A stretch of 32,000 bases of DNA from Alkalilimnicola ehrlichii MLHE-1 (GCF_000014785.1 NC_008340.1:1770001-1802000); one strand, 5' to 3'. Positions 8,874 to 16,643 are shown, counted from the stretch's first letter. Numbers and translations: made by a program. The notes: generated from the letters alone by a model not told the origin.

Positions 8874-9001
8874 GCGGCGGCGGTGCGGCGCTTTGCCCGC
8901 GCGCGCTGACAGGTTATGCTGCTGCCAGAAATCGGGGGCGGGCAGATCGCATCCCGGTCAACAGATTACGTCTTGATCCATACGATGTAGGAGGAGACCT
9001 G

Positions 9002-9190
9002 ATGGGTACATTAGTTTTCTGGGTGGCGGGCATTTTCTTCACCATCGGCTTCGTGATCATGGGTGAAGGGGGGGACAACCCCAAGCTCAAGGTCTTTGGC
9101 GGCGAGCGCTTTTTCATGGTGCTGTTCGCCTTTGTCATCTGGCCGTTGATGCTCGGTGTGCACCTGCGCGAGGCGCTCGCCAAGGCCTGA
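9002..9190 (+). CDS. Small two-helix membrane protein (62 aa)
   Basis: AGGAGG at 8989..8994, 7 nt before the ATG. Two hydrophobic helices (LVFWVAGIFFTIGFVIMG; FFMVLFAFVIWPLMLGV). Followed by a perfect hairpin. Confidence 0.5.
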   Translation: MGTLVFWVAGIFFTIGFVIMGEGGDNPKLKVFGGERFFMVLFAFVIWPLMLGVHLREALAKA

Positions 9191-9198
9191 CCCTTCGC

Positions 9199-9227
9199 GG
9201 GATACACCGGCGCACCCGGTGTATCCC
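9199..9227 (+). terminator. Perfect 12-bp stem hairpin after the 62-aa ORF (no U-tract)
   Basis: GGGATACACCGG-cgcac-CCGGTGTATCCC, starting 9 nt after the stop codon. Confidence 0.4.
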
Positions 9228-9425
9228 CACCCGACCCGCTTGTCCGAAGCGGGCGCCGCTTCCCTGAATAAGCCGCCCTTATCAGCCCCCTGCCGCGCAT
9301 CAGGAAACACTCTGCTCCACCCCTTCCCGGCCGGGACGGCGTGGCTTACACTTGACGTTCGGTCTGGCAGCGACACGTCAAGGGCGTTCTGCCCGTGGTC
9401 CATTCCAGCATTAGCGGTTTTCACT

Positions 9426-9470
9426 CCGAGCGGCCCATCGGGAACCCGCGACGCTCGGTTTGGTCTTTTC
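9426..9470 (+). terminator. Terminator-like hairpin with T-rich tail inside a 355-nt intergenic region
   Basis: CCGAGCG...(19 nt)...CGCTCGG followed by TTTGGTCTTTTCC. There is no upstream CDS on this strand after 9190. Confidence 0.3.
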
Positions 9471-9545
9471 CTTTGGATGGCGATTGCTGCAACGCAGCAT
9501 CCACCCAGGCAGGGTTTCAGCGGCAGGTTTTCCGGGAGCACGGTC

Positions 9546-10061
9546 ATGAAGGAAGGGCGCGGCATCGACACCATGGCACCTATTCGCGATACGCGCAGCG
9601 GGCGGATCACCATCCCCTACCGGCTGAACGCGCGGGCGCGCTACTGGGGTATGGTTCAGCGGACCGGGTGGCTGGCCGCCCTGCTCGCCAGCCTGGCGAC
9701 GCTGATCTGGGCCGCGCGACTGGAGCTGAACGACGCCACCACCGCCAGCACCCTCGGCCTGGCCGCGGTGGCGGCCCTCGCGCTGTCGCTGTGGATGTTC
9801 GCCATGGCGGTGCTGCGCCTGCCCCCCAGCGAGGGTCGGATCACCCTTTCCGAGGACGATTGCCGGGGCATCACCTGGCGGCAGGAACGGCGCGGCAGTT
9901 GGACGGTCAAGGCGGGCGGCGTGCGGTTGCGCGGCCTGGAGAGCATCGAGCCCTTCCGGATGGCCCGCGAGGCGGCTCACGAGCGTTCTGAAGCGGTGCT
10001 GCAGCAGCTCCGCAACCCGGACGGCGACGATCAGGCGGTGGTCAATCGCCGGGCGGCGTGA
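9546..10061 (+). CDS. Hypothetical membrane protein (171 aa, two predicted TM helices)
   Basis: Start placed at ATG 9546 (GGGAG 7 nt upstream). The upstream part of track ORF 9156..10061 is P/S/R-rich junk. TM segments are WLAALLASLATLIWAARL and LGLAAVAALALSLWMFAMAVL. Confidence 0.5.
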   Translation: MKEGRGIDTMAPIRDTRSGRITIPYRLNARARYWGMVQRTGWLAALLASLATLIWAARLELNDATTASTLGLAAVAALALSLWMFAMAVLRLPPSEGRITLSEDDCRGITWRQERRGSWTVKAGGVRLRGLESIEPFRMAREAAHERSEAVLQQLRNPDGDDQAVVNRRAA

Positions 10062-10107
10062 CGACCGCGGCGATGGCCGGACCGACCGCGCCGGAACAGG
10101 ACCGGAC

Positions 10108-10135
10108 CCCCGGGCCGGGCCACACCGGCCCGGGG
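10108..10135. terminator. Perfect 11-bp GC hairpin between convergent genes
   Basis: CCCCGGGCCGG-gccaca-CCGGCCCGGGG lies between the stop at 10061 (+) and the stop at 10158 (-). There is no U-tract on either side. Confidence 0.4.
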
Positions 10136-10157
10136 ACTGATACGCAGCGGACCCGCG

Positions 10158-11246
10158 TCAGGTATCGGAGACGCTGATATGGGGGAAGGCACCGCCGGAG
10201 TGCGTCTTCTGCAGCGACAGCTTCCCGGCCACCCGGCGGGCGATCTGGCGGTAGCTCTCCGCGACCTTTCCGTCCGGCTCGGAGATGACTGAGGGCCGCC
10301 CCGAGTCCGCCTGCTCGCGGATGGAAATGTCCAGCGGCAGCGAGCCCAGCAGGTCCACGCCGTACTGATCGGCCATGCGCTGGCCGCCACCCTCGCCGAA
10401 GATGTGCTCCGCGTGCCCGCATTGGCTGCAGATGTGGATGGACATATTCTCCACCACCCCCAGCACCGGCACATTGACCTTCTCGAACATCTTCAGGCCC
10501 TTGCGGGCGTCCAGCAGGGCGATGTCCTGGGGAGTGGTGATGATCACCGCCCCACTGACCGGCACCCGCTGGGCCAGGGTCAGTTGCACATCGCCGGTCC
10601 CGGGCGGCATATCCACGATCAGGTAATCCAGACCCTCCCAGCGGGTGTCGCGGATCAGCTGATCCAGTGCCTGGGTGACCATGGGGCCGCGCCAGACCAT
10701 CGGGGTCTCCTCATCGATGAGAAAGCCCGAGGACATGGCCTGAATGCCGTAGTTGACCACCGGGTCGAGCTTCTTGCCGTCGCGGGATTCCGGGCGGGCG
10801 GAGATACCCAGCATCCGCGGTTGGCTGGGCCCGTAGATGTCCGCGTCCAGCATGCCCACCCGGGCCCCCTCCGCGGCCAGGGCCAGGGCGAGGTTGACGG
10901 CGGTGGTGGATTTGCCCACGCCGCCCTTGCCGGAGGCGACCGCAATGATGTTCTTGACCTCGTCCAGCAGCTTGACGCCGGGCTGCACCGTGTGGGGCTC
11001 GACGACGCTTTGCAGGGTCACCTCGGCCGCGGCCACGCCCGGAACGCCCTCCGCTGCCGTTCGCAACTGCTCCGCCAGCTCCTTGCGCACCGTGTCCGCC
11101 GGATAACCCAACTGCACGTCGATGCGCACACGGTCGCCGTCCACGGCGATCTCCTTGACGCACTCGGCGCTGACCAGGTCCATCTCCAGGGCCGGGTCCA
11201 CCACCTCCTGCAGCGCCGCTTCCACCTGCGCACGCAGATCACTCAT
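10158..11246 (-). CDS. apbC: Fe-S cluster carrier ATPase ApbC/Mrp (NBP35 family)
   Basis: N-terminal DUF59-like segment, deviant Walker A IAVASGKGGVGKSTTAVNLALALA, DADIYGPS, and the CSQCGH cluster-binding motif. Confidence 0.92.
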   Translation of the reverse strand: MSDLRAQVEAALQEVVDPALEMDLVSAECVKEIAVDGDRVRIDVQLGYPADTVRKELAEQLRTAAEGVPGVAAAEVTLQSVVEPHTVQPGVKLLDEVKNIIAVASGKGGVGKSTTAVNLALALAAEGARVGMLDADIYGPSQPRMLGISARPESRDGKKLDPVVNYGIQAMSSGFLIDEETPMVWRGPMVTQALDQLIRDTRWEGLDYLIVDMPPGTGDVQLTLAQRVPVSGAVIITTPQDIALLDARKGLKMFEKVNVPVLGVVENMSIHICSQCGHAEHIFGEGGGQRMADQYGVDLLGSLPLDISIREQADSGRPSVISEPDGKVAESYRQIARRVAGKLSLQKTHSGGAFPHISVSDT

Positions 11247-11264
11247 CGCTCAACCTCCAGCATC

Positions 11265-11302
11265 GTTCGCTTGGCCGGCCATCCGGCCGGCAACCCGCGA
11301 AC
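11265..11302 (-). other. Nested hairpin between the Rieske gene stop and the apbC start
   Basis: GTTCGC-tt-GGCCGG-ccat-CCGGCC-ggcaaccc-GCGAAC (plus-strand reading). Confidence 0.3.
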
Positions 11303-11322
11303 ATCATAACGCAGCAAGCGAC

Positions 11323-12051
11323 TCAGGAGGGATCGGGCTGTGCTGCGGCGCAGCGAATGATATTGCGGGAATAGTCCTCCAGGCGCTGGACCCGGCAGTT
11401 ATCGGTCACCCGCACATCCGGGTCGCGCCCCCGGGCTTCCAACCGCAGCCGTTCCCAGTATTCGTCGAAGTAGCGGTTGAACATCTCGCCGCCCAGGGTG
11501 CCCACGGCGTAGAGGCCGTCGGTCGCCGGGTCGTGCTCAAGCAGGACCGCGGCCAACGGCTGGTCGGCGGGGCCGGAGAGCACCGAGGCACCGGAGCAGG
11601 GGTCGTAGACACTGTGCTCGGCGCAGCAGGAGATCACCCCGGCGCCGCTCCCCAGGTCGGTGACTTCCGGGCGGTAGCTGATGTAACTGACGCTCGGCGT
11701 CGGGTGCGCCATCCGGTGGGCGCAGATGGCCGAGTAGGCCACCAGGGTGCGATCCGGTCCCACGCCCCCCTGCCAGCGGTAGGGGCGCCCCTCCTTGTCG
11801 GTGAGCTGCTGCGGCTCCAACGGCCGATCCAGCCGGAGTAGGAAGCAGGGGGTGGCGATATAGGGGTAATGGAAGACGTAGTTGGTCTTGGGCGCCAGAT
11901 CCGACGCGGCCAGCGGCACGCCCTCTTCGTCCCGAAGCCGCACCCTTGCGTAGTGGCGCAGGCTCACCGGGCCGCTCACGCCGGCCACGGTACCCGCAGC
12001 CAGGCAGCCGGCACCCAGGGCACAGGCCTGCATGAAGGTTCTTCTGCGCAT
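11323..12051 (-). CDS. Tat-exported Rieske-type [2Fe-2S] domain protein
   Basis: Twin-arginine leader MRRRTFMQACALGAGCLAAG. Candidate ligand boxes are CAH (SAICAHRMAH) and CxxH (ISCCAEHSVYD). It lacks the disulfide Cys pair of high-potential Rieske proteins. Confidence 0.7.
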   Translation of the reverse strand: MRRRTFMQACALGAGCLAAGTVAGVSGPVSLRHYARVRLRDEEGVPLAASDLAPKTNYVFHYPYIATPCFLLRLDRPLEPQQLTDKEGRPYRWQGGVGPDRTLVAYSAICAHRMAHPTPSVSYISYRPEVTDLGSGAGVISCCAEHSVYDPCSGASVLSGPADQPLAAVLLEHDPATDGLYAVGTLGGEMFNRYFDEYWERLRLEARGRDPDVRVTDNCRVQRLEDYSRNIIRCAAAQPDPS

Positions 12052-12149
12052 TGCTTACCGCCCTCACCGTCAGCCAGGGTTGACCGTGGCAAGTATAGGC
12101 GCCAATGCGCGGCCACGCGCCCACGCCAGGTTAGGGGCTGTGGGCCCGG

Positions 12150-12575
12150 TCATTGCCCTTCCAGCGGGACCCCATCCTGGTAGCGGGAACTGCCGTCCGC
12201 GTAGACCTCGTTCTTCCAGACCGGCGCCCGCTGTTTGAGCGTGTCGATGGCGAACCGGGCCGCGTCGAAGGCGTCGCCACGGTGCGCCGAGCGGACCACC
12301 ACCAGTACGCTGTCCTCACCCACGGCCAGCTCACCGATTCGGTGCACAATCCGACAGGACTGGATCGGAAAGCGTGACACCGCCTCCTGTTCGATCTCCG
12401 CCAACACCCGTTCCGCCAACGGCTTGTAGACGGTGTAGCTGATGGCCTTCACCGACCGGCCCTCGTGGTGGTTTCGCACGGTACCGGAGAAGACCACCAG
12501 CGCCCCGCTCTCCGGATTGGCGGTCTCCTCCAGCAGGGTATCCAGGTCGAGTGGTTTGTCGCTGATTCGTTCCAT
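12150..12575 (-). CDS. moaE: Molybdopterin synthase catalytic subunit MoaE
   Basis: MERISDKPLDLDTLLEETANPESGALVVFSGTVRNHHEGRSVKAISYTVYKPLAE...HRIGELAVGEDSVLVVVRSAHRGDAFDAARFAIDTLKQRAPVWKNE is the MoaE pattern. Start at ATG 12573..12575; the longer track ORF runs into the upstream gene. Confidence 0.88.
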   Translation of the reverse strand: MERISDKPLDLDTLLEETANPESGALVVFSGTVRNHHEGRSVKAISYTVYKPLAERVLAEIEQEAVSRFPIQSCRIVHRIGELAVGEDSVLVVVRSAHRGDAFDAARFAIDTLKQRAPVWKNEVYADGSSRYQDGVPLEGQ

Positions 12576-12609
12576 GGCGGCCTCGTTGAAAAGTCGGTCC
12601 AGCGAAGGA

Positions 12610-15600
12610 TTATGGCATAGTCCGGGCGCCCGGCGCCCCCGCCTCCGCGGGGGCCGGATCAGGGCCGCTTTCGTCGCCGGCCAGCCGGGCTGCGAACCGC
12701 TCCAGCGACAACGGCCGACTGAAGAAGTAGCCCTGGGCGTAATCACACCGCTGGCGCTTGAGATGCTCAAGCTGGTCCTCGCGCTCCACCCCCTCGGCCA
12801 CCACGTTCAGCCCCAGCGAATGGGCCATGCGGATGGTGGCGTTGATAATGGCAGCGTCGTCCCCGTCCTCGTTCACGTGCCGGACGAACGACTGATCGAT
12901 CTTCAGGGTGTCGATGGGGAAGCGCTTCAGGTGCGCCAGGCTGGAGTAGCCGGTACCGAAATCGTCCAGGGCAAGCCGAAGCCCCATCGCCTTCAACTCC
13001 CGCAGGATCTGCACCGCCACCTCCGGATTGCGCGCCATCAGACTCTCGGTCAGCTCCAGCTCCAACAGCGACGGGGCGACACCGTGGCCCTCCAGGATCT
13101 GGCGGACATCCTCCACCAGCTCCGCATGGAGGAACTGGCGGGCCGAAATATTCAGCGCCACCGGCACCACCGGCAGGCCCTGCTGCTGCCAGTGCGCCAG
13201 TTGGGTGGCCACCGTCTCCAGTACCCAGCGCCCCATGGGGATGATCAGCCCCACCTCCTCCGCCAGGGGGATGAACTGCATGGGCGAGACCAGGCCGTGG
13301 CGGGGGTGCTCCCAGCGCAGCAGCGCCTCGGCGCCGCTCATCGCGCCGGTGTCCAGGTCCACCTGAGGCTGGAGGTGGAGCCGCAGCTCGCCGCGCTCAA
13401 TGGCCCGCTGCAGGTCCGATTCCAGAGTCAGGCGGTTGATCTGGCGCGGCTCGGACCGCTCGGAGTAGCGGATGATCACCCCGCCACCCTGGCGCTTGGC
13501 CTCGTGCATCGCCACACTGGCGCGACGAATGAGGTCTTCCGGGCCATCGCCATCATCGGGGAAAACCGTGTAGCCCACGGACACCGACAGGAAGACGTCC
13601 TGTCCGGTCACCGAGATGGACGGTGCCAGCGCCTCCTGCAGCTCGCCGGCCAGCAGTTCCGCGTCCCGCGTATTGCGCAGCTCCGTGAGCACGATGTTGA
13701 ACTCATCACCGCCCATGCGCGCCACGGTGTCGAAACCCCGAAGGGCGGCGGTCAGCCGATCGGCCACGGTGCGCAGCAGCTGATCCCCGGCCGCGTGCCC
13801 CAGGCTCTCATTGATAATCTGGAAGCGGTCCAGGTCGACGTTCAACAGGGCCACGTGGCGCCCGGAACGGCGGGCGTACAGCAGGGCCTGGTGCAGGCGA
13901 TCCACCAGCAGGTTGCGGTTGGGCAGGCCGGTGAGGGCATCGTAGTGGGTGCGCTGCTCCAGCTCGGCCTGGTAGCGTTTGCGCTCGGTGACGTCGTTGA
14001 TCACGCTCACCATGTAGTGCACTGCGCCATCATCCTCGCGCACCGGCGCCACGAACAGCTCATTCCAGAAGAGCGTGCCGTCTTTGCGGTAATTGCGGAT
14101 CACCGCGTGGGCCTCCCGGCGCGAGCGCAGGGCACTGCGGATCTCCTCAAGCCCCGGCTGGTCCTTGTCGTCCCGGACCAGGAAACGGCCGTTACGCCCG
14201 ACCACCTCGTCCCGGGGGTAACCGGTGATGCGCTCGAAGGCGGGATTGACGTAGACGATCGGGTTGTCCCGCAGGCGCAGATCGGAGATGAGGATGCCGT
14301 TGGCGGTGGACTCCAGCGCCCGCTCGCGCAGCCGGATCGCCGACTCGGCCCGCTTGCTCTCGGTGATGTCCTCGCGCACGGCCACGAAGTGGGTGATAGT
14401 GCCGTCGGCGGCCCTGAGCGGCGAGATGACCTGGCGCTCCCAGATCAACTGCCCGTCCTTGCGCCGGTTCTGCACCGTGCCCTGCCAGGTGCGACCCGCC
14501 CGGACCGTCTCCCAGAGCTCGCGGTAGACCTCTGGCGGCGTGTGGCCGGAGCCCAGCATGCGCGGGTCACGCCCAATCACCTCTTCCGGGGCGTAACCGG
14601 TCAGGCGGGTGAACGAGGGGTTGACGTACTCGATGCGGGCCTCGGCGTCGGTGATGAGCACCGAGACCGGGCTGTTCTCGGTGGCCCGCGCGTGCTTGCG
14701 CAGCTCTGATCGCATGCGCCGCTGACGTCCCCGCAACCGCTGCGCCCAAACGCCGTGGGAGAGGTTGGCCGCCAGGTTGTCCAGCACCCGCACGGCGGCC
14801 GCATCCAGCGCACTCGGGTCCCGGCTGTGGATGACCAGTACCCCGAAGACAGGCCCCTCGCCGCCGCGACCGGCCACCAGCGGCAGGGCGCAGATAGCCG
14901 AAAACCCGCACCGCACCGCCTCGATCCGCCAGGGACGGGGCGAGCGCCGTTGCGCCAGCTCGCGCAGCACCGTGGTCTGTCCGCTGCGCAGGGCGGCGCC
15001 CGCCGGCCCGTGACTACGGACGTTGAACCCCTGGTCGCCGGTCAGGCAGTCCAGGTAGCCCTGTTCTTCGCCTGCCGCCGCCAACCGTTCCACCGGTCCG
15101 CCCGCTCGTCCCGCACCCAGGACGCAGACCAGTTCATAGCCGGCGTCGCGGGCAAGCAGGTGGGTGGCCTCCTGCAGCAGCGTCTGCTCCGAGCGGGCAC
15201 GGATCACCGCCTGGTTGCAGCGTGCCAACACCCGAAGCAAAGTGTTCTCCCGGGTCAGGGCCAGCGCATGCCGTCGCCAGCGGTGCTGCTCCCGCCCGCG
15301 GGCCACCGCCGTTGCCAATGCCGCCGCCAGGGCATCCTCCTCCAGCGCGCCCGCGAGCACGGCCGCTGCCCCCTCGGGCGGATAATCCCGATCCGGGGGC
15401 CGGGCGTCCGGCTCTGGCACCCAGACCACCACCGGCACGTGGGGTGCACAGGGCAGAGGCCCCCGGTGCTCGTCACCCTCGGCGGGCCAGGTGTCGCGGG
15501 CCAGCACCACGTCCGGCGCAGACCGTTCCACCTCGGCGATCAGTTCCAGCGGGTGGCTGGCCCGGCCCACCACCGTATGCCCCGGGCCTTGCAGGGCCCG

Positions 15601-15663
15601 GGTGATGCGCTCCTGTATCGCGGGGTCCGGCTCGGCGATGACAACCCGCAGTGACTCCGGCAT
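12610..15663 (-). CDS. Multidomain c-di-GMP turnover protein: REC-like / GAF / PAS / PAS / GGDEF / EAL
   Basis: GGDEF is intact (ARMGGDEFNIV) with RGFD five residues upstream (RxxD I-site spacing). EAL is intact (EALLRWEHP, NISARQF, ELTES, DDFGTGYSSL, KIDQSF, EGVE). Two PAS domains (SPVSVLITDAEARIEYVNPSFTRLTGY; NGILISDLRLRDNPIVYVNPAFERITGY). GGAGGAGAGG precedes the ATG. Confidence 0.9.
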   Translation of the reverse strand: MPESLRVVIAEPDPAIQERITRALQGPGHTVVGRASHPLELIAEVERSAPDVVLARDTWPAEGDEHRGPLPCAPHVPVVVWVPEPDARPPDRDYPPEGAAAVLAGALEEDALAAALATAVARGREQHRWRRHALALTRENTLLRVLARCNQAVIRARSEQTLLQEATHLLARDAGYELVCVLGAGRAGGPVERLAAAGEEQGYLDCLTGDQGFNVRSHGPAGAALRSGQTTVLRELAQRRSPRPWRIEAVRCGFSAICALPLVAGRGGEGPVFGVLVIHSRDPSALDAAAVRVLDNLAANLSHGVWAQRLRGRQRRMRSELRKHARATENSPVSVLITDAEARIEYVNPSFTRLTGYAPEEVIGRDPRMLGSGHTPPEVYRELWETVRAGRTWQGTVQNRRKDGQLIWERQVISPLRAADGTITHFVAVREDITESKRAESAIRLRERALESTANGILISDLRLRDNPIVYVNPAFERITGYPRDEVVGRNGRFLVRDDKDQPGLEEIRSALRSRREAHAVIRNYRKDGTLFWNELFVAPVREDDGAVHYMVSVINDVTERKRYQAELEQRTHYDALTGLPNRNLLVDRLHQALLYARRSGRHVALLNVDLDRFQIINESLGHAAGDQLLRTVADRLTAALRGFDTVARMGGDEFNIVLTELRNTRDAELLAGELQEALAPSISVTGQDVFLSVSVGYTVFPDDGDGPEDLIRRASVAMHEAKRQGGGVIIRYSERSEPRQINRLTLESDLQRAIERGELRLHLQPQVDLDTGAMSGAEALLRWEHPRHGLVSPMQFIPLAEEVGLIIPMGRWVLETVATQLAHWQQQGLPVVPVALNISARQFLHAELVEDVRQILEGHGVAPSLLELELTESLMARNPEVAVQILRELKAMGLRLALDDFGTGYSSLAHLKRFPIDTLKIDQSFVRHVNEDGDDAAIINATIRMAHSLGLNVVAEGVEREDQLEHLKRQRCDYAQGYFFSRPLSLERFAARLAGDESGPDPAPAEAGAPGARTMP

Positions 15664-15693
15664 ATCCTCTCCTCCGCCGCCGGCTTTATCTCT

Positions 15694-15723
15694 CTTATAC
15701 TCAGATAACAGGCAGGGTGTTAG
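15694..15723 (-). promoter_or_regulatory. Candidate sigma-70 promoter for the GGDEF-EAL gene
   Basis: The minus strand reads CTAACA, an 18-nt spacer, then TATAAG. The -10 element ends 30 nt upstream of the ATG. The match is weak. Confidence 0.25.
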
Positions 15724-15741
15724 GCGCCCTCAGGCGCCCTC
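15722..15741. repeat. Perfect tandem duplication of the 10-mer AGGCGCCCTC
   Basis: aggcgccctc aggcgccctc, read directly from the sequence. It lies in the divergent promoter region between the GGDEF-EAL gene and rcoM. Confidence 0.6.
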
Positions 15742-15881
15742 TCGGCCCTTGGCATACGACAGGACAAGGCGCACAAAAACCCCACAGCCGCAGTGTACAA
15801 CAAGCCCCATCCGCCGTCTTGATTGAGGGCCGGTCGCCCGGCAGCCAGACTATGCTTCAGCTTTAGGGTACCGGCGTCAGC

Positions 15882-16631
15882 GTGGCAGAGCCCCCGATGC
15901 AAAGCTTCGAGCACAAACTGCAGCAATTCGATCCCGGGGTCATCTGGCTCGACGACGACAACCAGGTGACGGCCATGAACGCGGTAGCCAGCCGCATCCT
16001 GGGCGTGCGCCCGGGCGAGGTGCTGGGTCAGGAGGTATTGCAACTGCACCCGGAGAAAAGCCGCGGCAAGATCGCTTGGCTGTTGGAATCGACCCACGCG
16101 GCCGATGGCTGTCCGGTCAAATCACCGCCGCCCATGACCATGATGATCAACATCCCCGACCGGGTCCTGTTGATCAAGCTGTCACGGATGTACGGCCCGG
16201 AGGGCCGGGCGGCGGGCGCTTGCCTGGTCTTTTACGACCTCACCGAGGTGACCTCCCGCGAGGCGCCCCGGGACCCCGTGGCACCACGTCCCCGGCAATT
16301 GCTGAAGCTACCCGTCTACAAGAACCAACGGGTGGTGCTGCTGAACCTGGAGCAGGTGGTGCGCATGCGCGCCGAGGGCCACTACACCGAGGTCTTCCAG
16401 GACGGCGAGCACTTCCTCTGCAACCTGTCCCTCGCCGATCTGGAGGGGCGCCTGGACCCGACGCGCTTCATGCGCGTGCACCGCTCCCACATGGTCAACC
16501 TGCATTTCGCCGTCGCCCTCGAAAAAGAGGGCGAGCAGTATCAGCTCGTGCTGCAGGACCGCAATGAGACCCGCATCCCGGTTAGCCGCGGCAACGCCCC
16601 CCGGGTCCGCGCCCTGTTCGGCCTGGCCTGA
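15882..16631 (+). CDS. rcoM: RcoM-type single-component CO-responsive regulator (heme-PAS + LytTR DNA-binding domain)
   Basis: An N-terminal PAS domain and a C-terminal LytTR domain (LPVYKNQRVVLLNLEQVVRMRAEGHYTEVF...FMRVHRSHMVNL), with no receiver domain. It sits directly upstream of coxM. His56/Cys77/Met87-Met88 have the spacing I recall for the His74/Cys94/Met104 heme ligands of Burkholderia RcoM. The start is ambiguous (GTG 15882 or ATG 15897). Confidence 0.75.
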   Translation: MAEPPMQSFEHKLQQFDPGVIWLDDDNQVTAMNAVASRILGVRPGEVLGQEVLQLHPEKSRGKIAWLLESTHAADGCPVKSPPPMTMMINIPDRVLLIKLSRMYGPEGRAAGACLVFYDLTEVTSREAPRDPVAPRPRQLLKLPVYKNQRVVLLNLEQVVRMRAEGHYTEVFQDGEHFLCNLSLADLEGRLDPTRFMRVHRSHMVNLHFAVALEKEGEQYQLVLQDRNETRIPVSRGNAPRVRALFGLA

Positions 16632-16643
16632 GCCGCGCCGCCA

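Noticed and set aside
5460-8909. Plus-strand ORFs 5460..6935 (491 aa) and 7422..8909 (495 aa)
   Set aside because: They are antisense shadows of ilvD and of the membrane-protein/porin genes. The translations are low-complexity.
9421-9475. cactccgagcgg... superficially recalls the CUCCGAGCC core of the Moco riboswitch, in a window rich in Mo-cofactor genes
   Set aside because: I cannot reconstruct the rest of the Moco motif (the 3' GCCUCCC / AAAGGA elements) here. The CCGAG segment pairs locally into a terminator-like stem. The downstream gene is not Moco-related. An Rfam cmscan would settle it.
9156-9545. N-terminal 130 codons of track ORF 9156..10061
   Set aside because: The segment is P/S/R/A-rich and starts inside the 62-aa ORF in another frame (9156 precedes that ORF's stop at 9190). 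The hydrophobic, protein-like part begins at the SD-led ATG 9546.
12576-12770. Upstream extension of the moaE ORF
   Set aside because: It overlaps the 3' end of the EAL domain gene in another frame. MoaE homology begins at MERISDKP (12575).
12442-14709. 755-aa plus-strand ORF antisense to the GGDEF-EAL gene
   Set aside because: Same reasoning: the translation is low-complexity and Q/R/G/H/L-rich. The opposite strand carries intact PAS/GGDEF/EAL motifs.
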